Assembly (NCBI GenBank): GCA_002633005.1
Contig: NMRA01000394.1
Coordinates: forward strand, 288,930 to 352,929
Reading direction: 5' to 3'
DNA length: 64,000 nucleotides
Source: Phoronis australis
Taxonomy: Eukaryota; Animalia; Phoronida
The notes beneath the pieces are model-generated. The model was not told the origin of the DNA. It worked only from the letters and a program-made list of their open reading frames with translations, and did not search any database. Below, one piece after another: positions 49,652-62,145 of the stretch. The number at the start of each line of letters is the position of its first letter. Within the stretch, counting starts at the first letter, position 1. The position numbers and the translations under genes were made by a program.

Positions 49652-52600
49652 ATGCTGCCACTGAAGCGTGTGAAGATGTACCAGGAAAGCTCTACAATGT
49701 CAGCTGAGTTTGGTTCACATTCCATTAATTTGTCATCAGCTAATTTCAGCTCAAAGGTCTGAGATTTGATTGTATATTTTTGTGTCATCTTTGTTTTCCC
49801 TCTCTTTTTTGGTTTTTTTTTTGAGAACTCATTGAAAAAACTTGACCTATAAAGTCATACATTCTGCAATATGGACATCCATCACTTTCCCTAGCTATGC
49901 TTATACTAAGCCATGTTCCAAAATATGCCCTTCAAGGCTGTGAGGTTAGACATTGGATAATAGTGGCAATGCTTTGTACAGTGTTGCTGTAAGCCCTTGG
50001 CCATAACTTCAAGAGTATACTGTGACTGTGGACCTTTCGAAAACTTCCTCACACTCGCGAGGCATCAAATAGCTCAATACAAAATTCTTTCTAGCAATGG
50101 AAAGGGGAAGTGTCACAATTAAGTTAATATAGAAACATAGAATAGCAATTCAGCAACTTGTGTAACAATATGTATAATGCAGTAAATGCTGTGTTTCTTT
50201 ATATAGCTTTCTTCAAACTTTTGTAAGTGTAACTATTCTGAAGTTTGCTCAATATTCTTGTATACAAATGCAGTTCGTTATTTTTAGTTAAAATTTACGC
50301 TTAAATGCACATGCTGATTGATTCCTGTTTTTTATTAAAATTGATTGTGTAATCGGTCGATCTTTGTTTTAAGACGATTTACACAAAATTTACTGTTCGT
50401 CTTTTTAGGTATTGGGAGGTCTGAAAACCTTGCAACAGGATGGTCTTCTCTGTGACTACACTTTGGCTGCAGAAGGCTTAGAGGTCAAAGTTCACAGAGT
50501 TGTCATGGCTGCCTGTAGTGACTACTTCCGTGTAATGATGACTGGCAGCATGAAAGAAAGCAAAGAAGATAAGGTTCATCTCCAGGTACAGTCCTGATTG
50601 TAAAACTGCACAGACTTGACCAAAAGCAACTGCAGGATAACTGGATATTGTGATTGTGTGTTTAATGAGACTTGTTTAAAAGAAAGGCAGGGATATTCCT
50701 GACCAGGTTTGAACCTATGACCTTTGGGTGAACCTGATGATGCCCAGCAGTGTAATTAAAGTGGTAACATATGAAACAGAAACCACAAGGGCAATTGAAC
50801 TAAGAACAAAGTCATGTTTGTGTATTACTTGCATATTTATTTAAAAATTCCATACTAAAAGGCAATCTGGCAAAAGCAGACTGTGCAGCTGTAGTAGAAT
50901 AAGAACACATGTTATGTAATATCTGAAATGCCAAATCAAAAAGCGGACCAGCTGTAAGTTAACTTGCATTTTGCATTTTTGGAAAAATGTTGAGTTTTAA
51001 AAGACGTTCCGAGGGACGCATTGCTGCAGTGTACTTGCGCCTTTTTATGCGCTGACATATTTATATGTGGACACATTATGCCGTCATCTCTGTCCATCGA
51101 TCCATCTGTCCTGCATCAGCTGCTCTATGTCCAAAACTATTGGATGGATCCAACTACCGGTGTGCCCCCTAGTGGCAATTTTAGTATTTTGCGTTTACCT
51201 CTGTGTCTTCAAAGGTCTTTAATAGATTTTCGTAAAATTTGGCATATAGGCATCTATTTGTGAGATGAAGCTATCCTCTTGTTTTCGGGCAGATTCGAGG
51301 TATTTTACATCGCCTGGTGGCCATTTTTTGCGTCCACATATTTATATGTGGACGCATTATGCCGTCATCTCTGTCCATCCTTCTGTCCGGCGTCCGTCCG
51401 GCATCCGCTGCTCTATCTCCAAAACCCTTTGATATACAGTCATGAAATTTGGCACTTATGTTCCATTCATGAATGGGATGGCATGAGCGAACTTTGGGAC
51501 GGATCCAAGTACCGCTTACCTTTGTATTTTCAAAAGTCCTGCACAGATTTTCCTGAAATTTGGTATGCAAGCACCTATTAGTGAGATGACGCTATCCTCC
51601 CGTTTTCGGATGGATTTGACGCAGTTTGTGCCACCTAGTGGCCATTTTTACTGTTGTTGGGTCCGTTTTTTTTGTGTCCAGCCCTCTATTAACCAAACCT
51701 CTCACAGGATGATTGTGAAAATTGGCATGTATGTGCTTGCTATGAAGAGAACGGTTGACGATGATTTTCCGACTGTTTCGACTACTGTGGCGCCACTTAG
51801 TGGCGGTTTTGTTTTTCTTGCCCCTATGGCTATATCTCCTAAACCGTTCGCAGGATCTTTACTTAATTTAGCAAGTGAATTTATATGATGTTAACTACGG
51901 ATGACGACGACTTTCGGACAGATCTGACTGCTGTGCCCCCTATTTGCAATTTTAGTTTTTTACGTTTAACTAAGTATCTTCAAAGGTCCTCAACAGATTT
52001 TTATAAAATTTTAAATATAGGCAGGCATCTATTGGTGTGATGACGCTATCTTCCTGTTTTTGGATGGAATCGAGGTATTTTGCACCACCTAGTGGCCATT
52101 TTTGCTGTTTTCAAATCTTGTTTTTGGTGTCCACCCCTGTATCAACCAAATCATTTGAAAATTGGCATATATGTTCTCAATGTGAAGACGACCTTTGATG
52201 ATGGTGACTGACTACTGTAGTGCCTCCTAGTGGTAGTTTTGTTTTGCGCCCACAGTTGTATCTCTTAAACCCAGTGCAGGATCTTTATATGAAGATAACA
52301 ACAGACGACGGACACTGTGCCCACTAGAAGCCATTTCATTTTATTCTGTTTCCCTTTGCTTCTCTGAAGTTCCTTGACAGATTTTTATGAACGATGGCAA
52401 GTTCCTGCTTTTGGATGGATTGTATGTTTTTGCGCCATCTATTGGCCATTTTTATGATACAAATAAATAACCCTAAAAGCACACCATTTGCAATGCATTC
52501 GTGGGCGCATTTCAACGCTCCGCGTTGCTCTTGTTACTGTTTTCGAGTTTTTGTTTGGGGTCCGCCCCTCTATCAACCCAACCACTCTAAGAATCAGGGC

Positions 52601-55600
52601 TTGGAATTCTCTGCGGAAACACGGATTTCCGCTTTTTTCAAATGTTCTGTCCGCGTATTTTAATATATTTCCGTGTAAAAAAAATCAGATTTGACATAGA
52701 ATTTTGGCAGCAAATTTCTTTCTCACCGCGACGTTGGCGACGACTTTCACCTCGAAAAGCGGGAGTTGCTCTTTACATTTCGGAGGAACGTAAATTGTCA
52801 TCATTGCCGGGGCATCTGGGATAGCGTGGTTCTTTTCAGTGGCGTCTCGTGAGATTGTAAATCGCGGTGACAAATACTACGACTCTGCAGCCAAAAATGT
52901 GTGGAGGTGGGAGTGGACAGATGATCTAAAAAGACGCAGACACACGCTTCTGAACTTAAGGTGGTACCTTTTTTATTTTTTAGTCCTCCCGATGTTTTGT
53001 CGGCAAAAGGTCACAAAAATTCAAGCCCCCCCCCCATTTTCAAGACTGGGTGCGCGCATGTTTAGGGCCGTAAAAATTTCGGCTTTTTTTTGTCATGGGT
53101 CATTCCAAGCCCTGAAGAATGAGTGTGAAAATTGGCAGCTATGTTCTTACTATGAAGAGGATGGATGACGACGATTTTCCAATGACTTCAACTACTGTGG
53201 CGCCTTCTAGTGCCAATTTTTTTCGCGCCTATGCCTGTTTCTCTTCAAAACTATGCAGGATCTTTACTAAAATTGGAAAGTGTAATTACATGAAGTTTTG
53301 GATGGACCTGACTTCTGGTGTGCCCCCTAGTTGCAATTTTAGTTTTTTACATTTACCTCTGTATCATCAAAGGTACTCAATGGATTTTCATAAAATTTTT
53401 AATATAGGCATCTATTGGTGAGATGACTCTATCCTCCCGTTTTCGGATGGAATTGAGTTATTTTGCACCACCTAGTGCCAGTGGCCATTTTTGCCATTTT
53501 ATTTTTGCTCTATCAACCAAACTATTCTCAGGATGATTGTGAAAATTAGCATATACATGTATGTTCTTAGTGTGAAGAGGACGGTTGGTGATGATTTTCC
53601 GACGACTTTGACTGCTGTGAAGCCTCCTAGCAGTTTTTTACGCTCATACAATGTAGCTGTATCTCCTAAACCTAAACCTTTAATTTAGCAAGAGTGTATT
53701 TATATGAAGTTGACAACTGACGACTTTCAGATGAATCCGGCGAACGCTGTGCCTACTAGTGGCAATTTCGTTGTTTTTCTGTTTTCCTTTGTTTCTCTGA
53801 AGTTCATTGACAGATTTTTATGAAATTTGCTAAATTAGCTTTTTATTAAACAAATGATGGTGTGTTCGTGTTTTCGAATGGATTCGATGTATTTTGTGCC
53901 ATGTAGTGGTTATGATACAGGTATACGACCCAGATGGACACTGTTAGCGATGCATTTGTGGGTGCATTTCAATGCTCCGCGCTGCTCTTGTTATTTTTTA
54001 TGCACTAGTGGTGCAAAGGCGTGGTCCAGGAATATCCCTGGAAAGACAATGTTTTTAGCCTACTAAATTAATCCTGAATAACTAATTTGTCACAATAGGA
54101 AAGTTATGCTCTGAAGGTCATAATGGCTATATATTTAAGGCCCCTCGCAGCACTATTTTTGAAAACCCTAGATTTGTACGCTTATTGACCTCTATTTTAT
54201 GCCTTAAAATGGTAGGCTTAGTTATTTTAATAAATTTTGAACCCCATTATAGTCATTGATTAGCTCTTATTAATGTACATTCACCTAATTTGAAAATACC
54301 ATGTACAATAACACAGCCATGCAGTCACTAGGTAGTGGTCAAGGCCTTCCATGCCTGGCTGCATGTTGACCCCATTACCCTGTGAAAAATATTTTAAAAT
54401 CGTTTTTATGCGGACGGATCCGACTGCTGGTGTGCCCCCTAGTGACAATTTTAGTTCTTTACTCGTACCTCTATATCTTCAAAGGTCTTCAGCATATTTT
54501 CATAAAATTTGGCATGTAAGCGTCTACTAGTGAGATGACACTGTCCTCTCGTTTTTGAATAGATTCGACGTAATTTGCACAACCTAGTGGCCATTTTTAG
54601 TGTTTTCGAGTCTGTTTTTAAACGTCCACCCCTCTATCAACCAAACCACTCTAAGGATGATTGTGGAAATCGGCATGTATGTTCTTACAATGAAGAGGAT
54701 GGCTAACGATGATTTTCAGACTATTTCGATGACTGTGACGCCTCCTAGTGGCAGCTTTGTTTTTTTTTGCACCTGTGGCTGTGTCTCCTAAACCGTCTGC
54801 AGGATCTTTACTAAATTTAGTAAGCGCATTTATATAATGTTGGCAAAAGACAACGACTACTTTCGGACGGATCTGACTACTGGTGTACCCCCTGATGGCA
54901 ATTTTATTTTTACTTCACGAAATAAAGTTCTCCAAGTATGTTGCTCTTCCATCAAGTTTTTTTTTTTTGTTTGCACTCTACAGGTCGCATTTTTTGACCG
55001 ATTTTCACAAAGTTTATACACAACTTGTATCTCCGGAAGTACTCGAAGCCTGTTGTTTTTTGTCATAATCGGACCCAAGATGGCTGATGTGGCGGCCATT
55101 TTGTTTTCATTTAAAGGTTCAAATGCTTTTGGAGGCTACAATTTTTTACGTACAGCGCTGAGAATCAGCACAGTTATTGGACCGGAAATGTGCTACAAGT
55201 ATACCGGAAATTGTTTACTTCTAGGTAAATATGGCGGAAATATCAGTGATCGCGCATGCGCACCTCGATTTTGGCCTAAAAACGTTTTCTCCTGTAGAGG
55301 GCACATTATAGGGCCATTTCCTTCGAATTTTTACAGGTGTTACTTTTTTATGACATGCTATTATACAGAGCAAAAAAAAGAAGTTGCTTTCAAGATGGCA
55401 GAACTGGCGCATGCTGACCCATTTTCAGTCGTGCTGGAGTGCCATTTTAAACGGGAAGAGAGAATGACGTGAATTTTTACATGTGGATTCTTTAAGTATC
55501 CTTTCAAATGACCTGTAACAATTTTTTTTCTCAGACTTACTGTTTTCGAGTTATTTGAATTTGAATTTCTTTAAAAAAAACAATTTTTCATTTTTTTCAA

Positions 55601-58600
55601 AAAATGTACGGAATTGTGTGAAACTATCACTTTAGATAGACTTTGAACTTGCTTTCAGAAGATGTTTTCCATTTTTCGCTAGGACGTATACTTTTTGAGT
55701 TATTTTGAGATTTTCTGATAACTCTGTTCCTTTGTTGAGCGCTCCTGCTGCTTTGATGTTGGTATAGCTTCTATTGAACTACACTGTAGCCTATTATTGA
55801 TTTATGACATTAAGTTCGTCATATGAATGTTATGATGTTGTTCATCATCGTCACCATCATCATGTTCGTCATCATCTCTGACGTCGTCTTTTCTTCAGTT
55901 AATTTCGCCAAGTGTCGCTCAAGACTGTAGCCTATTTCTTAGTGATTTCTGATCTCTACGTTCGTCATAGGAATGATGTCATAATTTGCATTGTCCATCA
56001 TCGCCACCATCGTCGTCATAAGTGTAATCTTCGTCGTCTCTGTCATCGTCTTTTCTGGTCATCTCTAACATGTTTTTTTTGGTTAATTTTGTCAAGTTTC
56101 GCGTCTCGGAGCGCTTTCATTTTTACGTTAACCTCTGTATCTTCAAAGGTCCTCAACGTATTTTCAAAAAAATTGGCCTATAGGCTTCTGTTAGTGCGGT
56201 GACATTATCTTCCTGTTTTCAGATGGATTCGACTTAGTTTGTGCCACCTAGTGGCCATTTTTACCGTTTTCAAGTCTGCTTTTTGGCGTTCACCCCTCTA
56301 TCAACCAAATCGCTTTCAGGATAATGTATGATGTTGACAAAGAACAACGACAACTTTTGGACGGATTTGACTACTGGTGTGCCCCTGGTGGCAATTTTAG
56401 ATTTTACGTTTACCTCAGTCTGTATCTTCAAGGGTCCTCAACGGATTTTCATAAAATTTTGAACGCAGGCATCTTTTGGTGAGATGACGCTATCCCCCCG
56501 TTTTTGGATGGAATCTAAGTATTTTGCGCCTCCTAGTGGCCATTGTTGGCTGTTTTCTAGTCTGTTTTGTGGTGTATTCCCCTCCATCAACCAAAGCATT
56601 CTAAGGATGATTTGGAAAATTGGCGTTTATTTTCTCTGTGTGAAGAGGGTGGTTGTCTGGTTGACGATAACGACTTTTACTACTGTGGCGTCTCCAATGG
56701 TAGCTTTGTTTTGTTTTGCGCCCATAGCTGTATCTCCTAAACCCACTGCTGGATCATTATTAAATTTAGTAAGTGTATTGATATGAAGCTAACAACAGAC
56801 AATTATGACTTTCAGGCAGATCCAATGAACACTGTGCCCCCTTTTGGCAATTTCATTTTATATTCTGTTTTTCTTTGTTTTTCTGAAGTTCTGTGTCAGA
56901 TTTCTATGAATTTTGGTGGCTAGCTTTCTATTAAAGAAACTATGACATGTTCCCATTTTCAAATGGATTGTACGTTTGTGGCTATTTTTATGACAGAAAT
57001 AAACAACCCTAAAAGCACACTGTTTGCAATGCATTCGTGGGCGCATTTCAATGCTCTTGCTACTAAAAGTTGGTGCCCTTCTTATTGAAACCACGGGAGC
57101 TGTGCCAAACTCAGTGGGTAGTACAAACTTTCAGACAGTTAACCATTATATGAATGTAATTCCAGGGTGTCTCTTCGACTGGTCTGATGTCCGTCATCGA
57201 CTTTGCCTATTCTGGCAACATGGCACTTAACAACGACAATGTTGAGTGCATCTTGGCCGCCGCTGTTCATCTGCAGATGCCAGAAGCCGTCGATCTTTGC
57301 TGCCGGTTCCTGCACACTGCATTGTCAGCCGATAATTGTGTGGATATACTGAACTTGACAAACTTGTACTCGCTGCCTGAAGACAGCATCAGAACATACA
57401 TCCTCGACAACTTTGAGGCAATCGCCAGGTACGATCAGTTTTTCCAGCTGACTTTGGAACAGATGGAGGACTTACTTCAGAGTAACGGCCTGAAGGTTTC
57501 GTCTGAGTACACTTTGTTTCAACTAGTGTTAAAATGGATAGACTATGACAGGGCATCCCGGGAGCAGCTTGCACAGTCACTCATGCAGCATGTTCGACTC
57601 CCTCTATTGTCTGGTGAGGAACTCGTTGAGAATGTGAGCAGCGTGGACATCATGATCACAAACAAGGCATGTTTTAATTTGCTCAATGAGGCCAAGGACT
57701 ATCACATTGTAACCAGCAAAAGACCCATGCTTCAGACCAGTAGAACACGCGTTCGCTCAGAAACAAAAAGTTTGGTCACCTGCTTTTCCGAGAGTGCCGA
57801 TGCCTACAACTTAAAAGACAAGAGATTGTATTTGTTAAAGGATGTCATTGTGCCAGTATATGATCCACGTGTCTGTGTTGTTGATAATTTTATGTACGTA
57901 TGTGGAGGGAAGTATGATATGGCTGACACCAGTGAGATTGCAACGATGCGGTGCTTTCGATACGATCCCCGCTTTGATACGTGGTTTGAAACAGATGCCA
58001 TGGAGGAGGCCAGGAAAGATTTTGTGCTGTTGGCTTTTGACAAGCAACTATTTGCCATTGGTGGTCGAGATGAGACAACATTGTCATCCACTATAGAATG
58101 CTACTCCATCACTAACAATGAATGGGACTTCACAAACACATTTTTAGGTTCTGACATTCCAAGGTATAATGCAGCAGGTGCTGTCTGTGGAAACTACATT
58201 TACTGTTCTGGTGGGCGCCTGGCCCAGGGGTATTCTCAGAAGTTAATTAGATATGACCCAGTTGGTGATGTGTACATTGAAAAAGCCCAAATGATTCAGC
58301 CTAGGGCAAATCACATAATGGAGTGTGTTGCAAACGCCTTGTACATCATTGGCGGAAATTCAACTTATGCAGGCGGAGCTCCTGTCAATATTACATCTGT
58401 CGAGCGTTACAATGTGGACACAGACCAATGCACTATTTGCAGGTCTGTTATTAACATTCGAGGGGCGGGCTCTTGCGTAAGTGACGGACAGATTTATATT
58501 GTGGGTGGACTAAGTGATGACCGCAATTCCTCTGATGCAATAGAACTGTACAGTCCAAGTTATGACCGCACAGAAATTGTAGGCAGGTTTACTGGGAGAA

Positions 58601-58650
58601 TTTATGGCTGCAAATCATGTTGCATTCTTACACTACCCCTATGTGTTTGA
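49652..58650 (+). CDS. Kelch-like BTB-BACK-Kelch protein (KLHL9/13/26-like Cullin-3 adaptor), about 588 aa; exons 49652-49756, 50409-50585, 57166-58650
   Basis: BTB domain (LCDYTLAAEGLEVKVHRVVMAACSDYFRVMMTGSMKES|GVSSTGLMSVIDFAYSG), BACK domain (SEYTLFQLVLKWI..HVRLPLL) and Kelch repeats (MYVCGG..RYDPRFDTW, LFAIGG, IYCSGG, LYIIGG, IYIVGG). Phase-0 junctions keep the frame. The start codon and exact orthologue are uncertain. Confidence 0.93.
52595..53114. mobile_element. MITE (520 bp) with 13-bp TIRs and a 6-bp TSD, inserted in a HINE monomer
   Basis: TIR CAGGGCTTGGAAT / ATTCCAAGCCCTG; AAGAAT duplicated on both sides (52589-52594, 53115-53120). Removing it restores the monomer consensus accactctaagratgaktgtgaaaattggc. 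Confidence 0.85.
54912..56119 (+). mobile_element. Second, unrelated Helentron-like non-autonomous element nested in a HINE monomer
   Basis: Interrupts the host monomer at a T-run (ggcaattttattttt | tttttacgttaacctctgtatcttc) with no TSD. Imperfect subTIRs ACTTCACGAAATAA (54912) and TAATTTTGTCAAGT (56084-56097); 3' hairpin GCGTCTCGGAGCGC (56101-56114); internal ~145-155-bp duplicated CATCGT-rich units at ~55780-56070. Confidence 0.65.
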
Positions 58651-58828
58651 TTGGATGAAAAAGATGGTGGAAGTTTTAACACTTTATGGAAGATTGCAGG
58701 CTCAGTATGTGTCAGGGGGTGTCACCTGAACCTTGTTACACATTTGTCCAAGAGTCTCCCAAAATAATTTCTTCCAGAGAGCCTAAACCACTTTCACTCT
58801 AATTTTCCTCCGACATGTCGCCCATCAA

Positions 58829-59179
58829 GGCCCATCCACATCAGGCATTGGCAAACTTTTTGTTTGCAAACTCAACCAAACTAGTTTCGTCAAGTTTCAA
58901 AACTCAAAAGTTCGCCAACACACACAATCAAATTAGTTTACTGAAGTTTGGTGACTAATAACCAATCAGCAGGCAGTTGACAAACGTGATTTTCAGTGTT
59001 CGAAAATGGCACCCCTTGAAGGGGAAGTTTGACAGTCTGCTACTGTAAACTCGTCCAAGCATCTCCAAACACCGATGTTGGTTGAGTTTGTAAACAAAAG
59101 TCCGGCACAGCTTGCTAGTATGGACTGGCTGCCAAAATGCAAACGAAAGTTTCATACAGTTTGCCAGTGTGGACAGACC
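58829..59179. mobile_element. Degenerate palindromic PIF/Harbinger-like MITE 3' of the Kelch gene
   Basis: Termini GGCCCATCCACA..TGGCAAACT and AGTTTGCCAGTGTGGACAGACC; internal inverted CAAACTCAACCAA (58867) / TTGGTTGAGTTTG (59078). Confidence 0.5.
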
Positions 59180-62145
59180 TTTACAGGATTTTAAACTTGC
59201 TGGCACAGTAGCTCCTTCTTTTACAATGTTTTTAGTAAAAATAAAACATTAAGCCAGACTTTAAATGAAGCTAAACAATAGAAGCAGAAACACTTCTGTT
59301 GGTCCATAACTAATGGTAATTAGTGTAATCGTGAAGTCAAATTCAGTCCTTGGTTCTTTAAAATTTGCAATACATGCCGACTTCTTTTTCCAGAATCTGG
59401 CCTGTAGTTTTAGCACCAGGTGGCGTAATGCTAAAAAGGCTGCATCATTTTGTAATATACTACACTTCCTGGAAGACTCAATGTAATTGTGTATTGATCA
59501 GCACTGACGTGAGCAAAAAAAAGCTAGTTGTGGAATGATGAAACATTTTTTGTCATTAAATGTAGTGATGTATTCACACTTCATAATTTAAGGTGGTGAC
59601 AATTAAGTTAATTGTTAAGTTAACAACAAGTTAAGTTATACACTGTCTGACCAATTAACATGCAACTATAGTAAGAAAGAAGTTATACCTCCTGCACCCG
59701 TCTGGGTTAACACCTATATCCGGCTTAATTCACGTCCTCAAAATTTCCAAATTTCAACTTTAGAACTCCCATGCTCAGCTCAACCTCCACCCAAGTTTAC
59801 ATGGACTAGACATCCAATGTTTTGGAAGTGCTTGTTTTGTGAGACCTTCAGCGCACCACTATAATGCTTCCATTTGTATAACACATTGTAGTCGTACTCT
59901 GCAGCACCATGCCATTTTCAGGTGGGGTATTAAACTTTTTACTGAAGGAGACGTGAAATGGTTCTCTTAGCTTGAGAAAATTCTAATATTGATTATTTTT
60001 TTCTGCAAAGAATTATGAAGGCATTTTCGTGAGCAAATAGACATCACTCAGGTAAATGATCACCCGCGACTTCTCAAAAACTTCCTTTTCAAATGCCCAT
60101 GCTCAGCGTTAAGTGTGCTTTCTGATTATTTAAGTTTTTTCAGTTTAAGCACCCGGGCATTAATGTGGACAAGTATGATATCTGCACTGACCTAATAAAA
60201 TGGAACTTTTTGTTCCTGAGTTTCTGTAATCATTAGATACTACAGGGGCTCTTAAAAACAAGAAAATTTCTGACTGCAAGCAGATTAGCCAAGTGGCTCA
60301 TATGTGTAATTTATTTAAGTACCAATGAATGAACCTGCCTTTTTGGTGATTTTCAGAAAAGCTCGTACTGTACCCTCACATTATGTCTCATCTTTGGACA
60401 AACTTGAACAATTGTTGAGCACACGTTATTTGATAACAATAAGCAGTAAGACAGGAAGGAGGGTGGTTCTGTGACTGAACACCAGATGGTGCATTGGAAC
60501 TCCTGTTGACCGCTGACTAGTGAAAATAACTGTTGAATAGCCTTAAACGAGCTAAAAAAATGTAACACCAATTTTGGACAAAAATGGTTGCCTTTTCTTA
60601 CCAAAGGCTTCTAACATGGCTGTGAATGTCTAATTTTTAAAAATATCATTGGAAGGTAATAATGACATAGAACATGTTCTCAACAACTGAAAACCCAACC
60701 TTGTCAGAGGTATGCAAATGCCAACAAACAACGTTCTCCGTAACACACATTTACCTGCCTTGTTACCCACTTGGCATTTATTCAATTTCATGGTAAAGCA
60801 TGAACTTGGGGCTACACGAGCAAAATAATTTTTATTTGTCTGCAAGAGATTCTACCATACAATAAAAACAAATCCTTTGAATACCACTTTCAACCATTCA
60901 ATTAGTAAAACATTTAGCAGAAGCCATTGATTAAAATTCTCATGTCTGTAAATCTGAGTGATATAATAATATCTTAAAAATGTATACTTTTAAAGTATTA
61001 AAATTAAAATTCATGGAAAAAGTCTGCTTTTAATTTGTTCAAATTTACGTCATGAAGGAGATTATCAATTGTCCTGAGACCAAAAAGTACGACGATCCAA
61101 AAATAGATCAATTACCTGGCACATTTCCAAGTTAACTTTGAAATTTAATGGATTGTGATTCGTTTGGTCTTTTTTCAAGTCTGTTCTCCATATAAAGTAC
61201 AGTCTGGTGGTCTTGGGTCAAAATTCCCACAAATCGGGCCTACATATTTCACAGACTGTTTTTGTACCCGCACCCAGTACACCATTACAAGTGCACATTT
61301 ACATCACTCTACTCTCTTTAGAGTAGTTTGATCTTCCATACACTCTACCACCTGAAGAACACAATGCTCAGCCTTGGACAATCAAAAGTCATGAGCACAC
61401 CATGACCCTCCCAAAAACACTCCAGACCATCTTCCCCCAGTGCAGCGGATCATCCACAGGACATCCAATATCCTTGCAACAAATACGGCACTATAAGATT
61501 ACACCAGTACGTACACTGTGTAAACGCACAGGCTCAAAGTTGGTAATTACACACTATTGTGTCCACACAACAACTTGGACTGGGACAAGTTACCCTAGAC
61601 CAAGTTAGCCTACCTTGATGACATGGGGTAATATGTCACAAGTGTGTAAATTTGGCCTAGCACAAGAACTATCCACACTTTTACAAACCAAGAAACACTT
61701 CATTCTCAGAGTGCAGCAAAATTTCACCAATTTAGGAAACAATTGGGCGGACAAGTAAAATTTATTCATTTGGACGTTTTTCCATGTTCAAACTCTTAGT
61801 TTCACAGCTACAAGATAAGTTGATGGACATACGCAACAATGTTTGAAAGGACTTGAAAAATGAAAACAACACTTTTGACGATTACTTTAGCTCAAAAGTG
61901 GTGAAATTTTACCATAACTTGTTCTAGCTTAACTTGTGTGGATGGCATCAAAATTTATGTTGGTTGAAATGCTCAGGTGGGTCAGCTCTGACAAATGCTT
62001 TTTACAAATCAGTAAATTTCACTTGTACGACAAATAATAGAAGTGAACCAGTATCCAAGGCATAAAAACATGGGTGGTTTCTTGGTCTTAAAATATGATG
62101 ACACCATTTAATATGCTACGTTAGTTACTAATACACCAAAACCAC

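Larger units (their letters stand above)
51047..57059 (+). mobile_element. Cluster of HINE-family copies filling most of the long Kelch-gene intron (51047-52533, 52536-53990, 54408-57059)
   Basis: 5' ends at 51047, ~51329 and 54408; 3' subTIR plus hairpin at 52501-52533, 53957-53990 and 57038-57059; roughly 20 monomers with CCTAGTGG-type cores. Confidence 0.8.

Noticed and set aside
50690-50745. Minus-strand tRNA B-box-like GGTTCAAACC
   Set aside because: No A box or cloverleaf; at most a degraded SINE head, not a tRNA gene.
54837-55472. 211-aa ORF and other 60-110-aa ORFs within 51-57 kb and 26-28 kb
   Set aside because: They lie in non-coding HINE/MITE sequence, cross insertion junctions, and show no Rep/helicase or transposase motifs.
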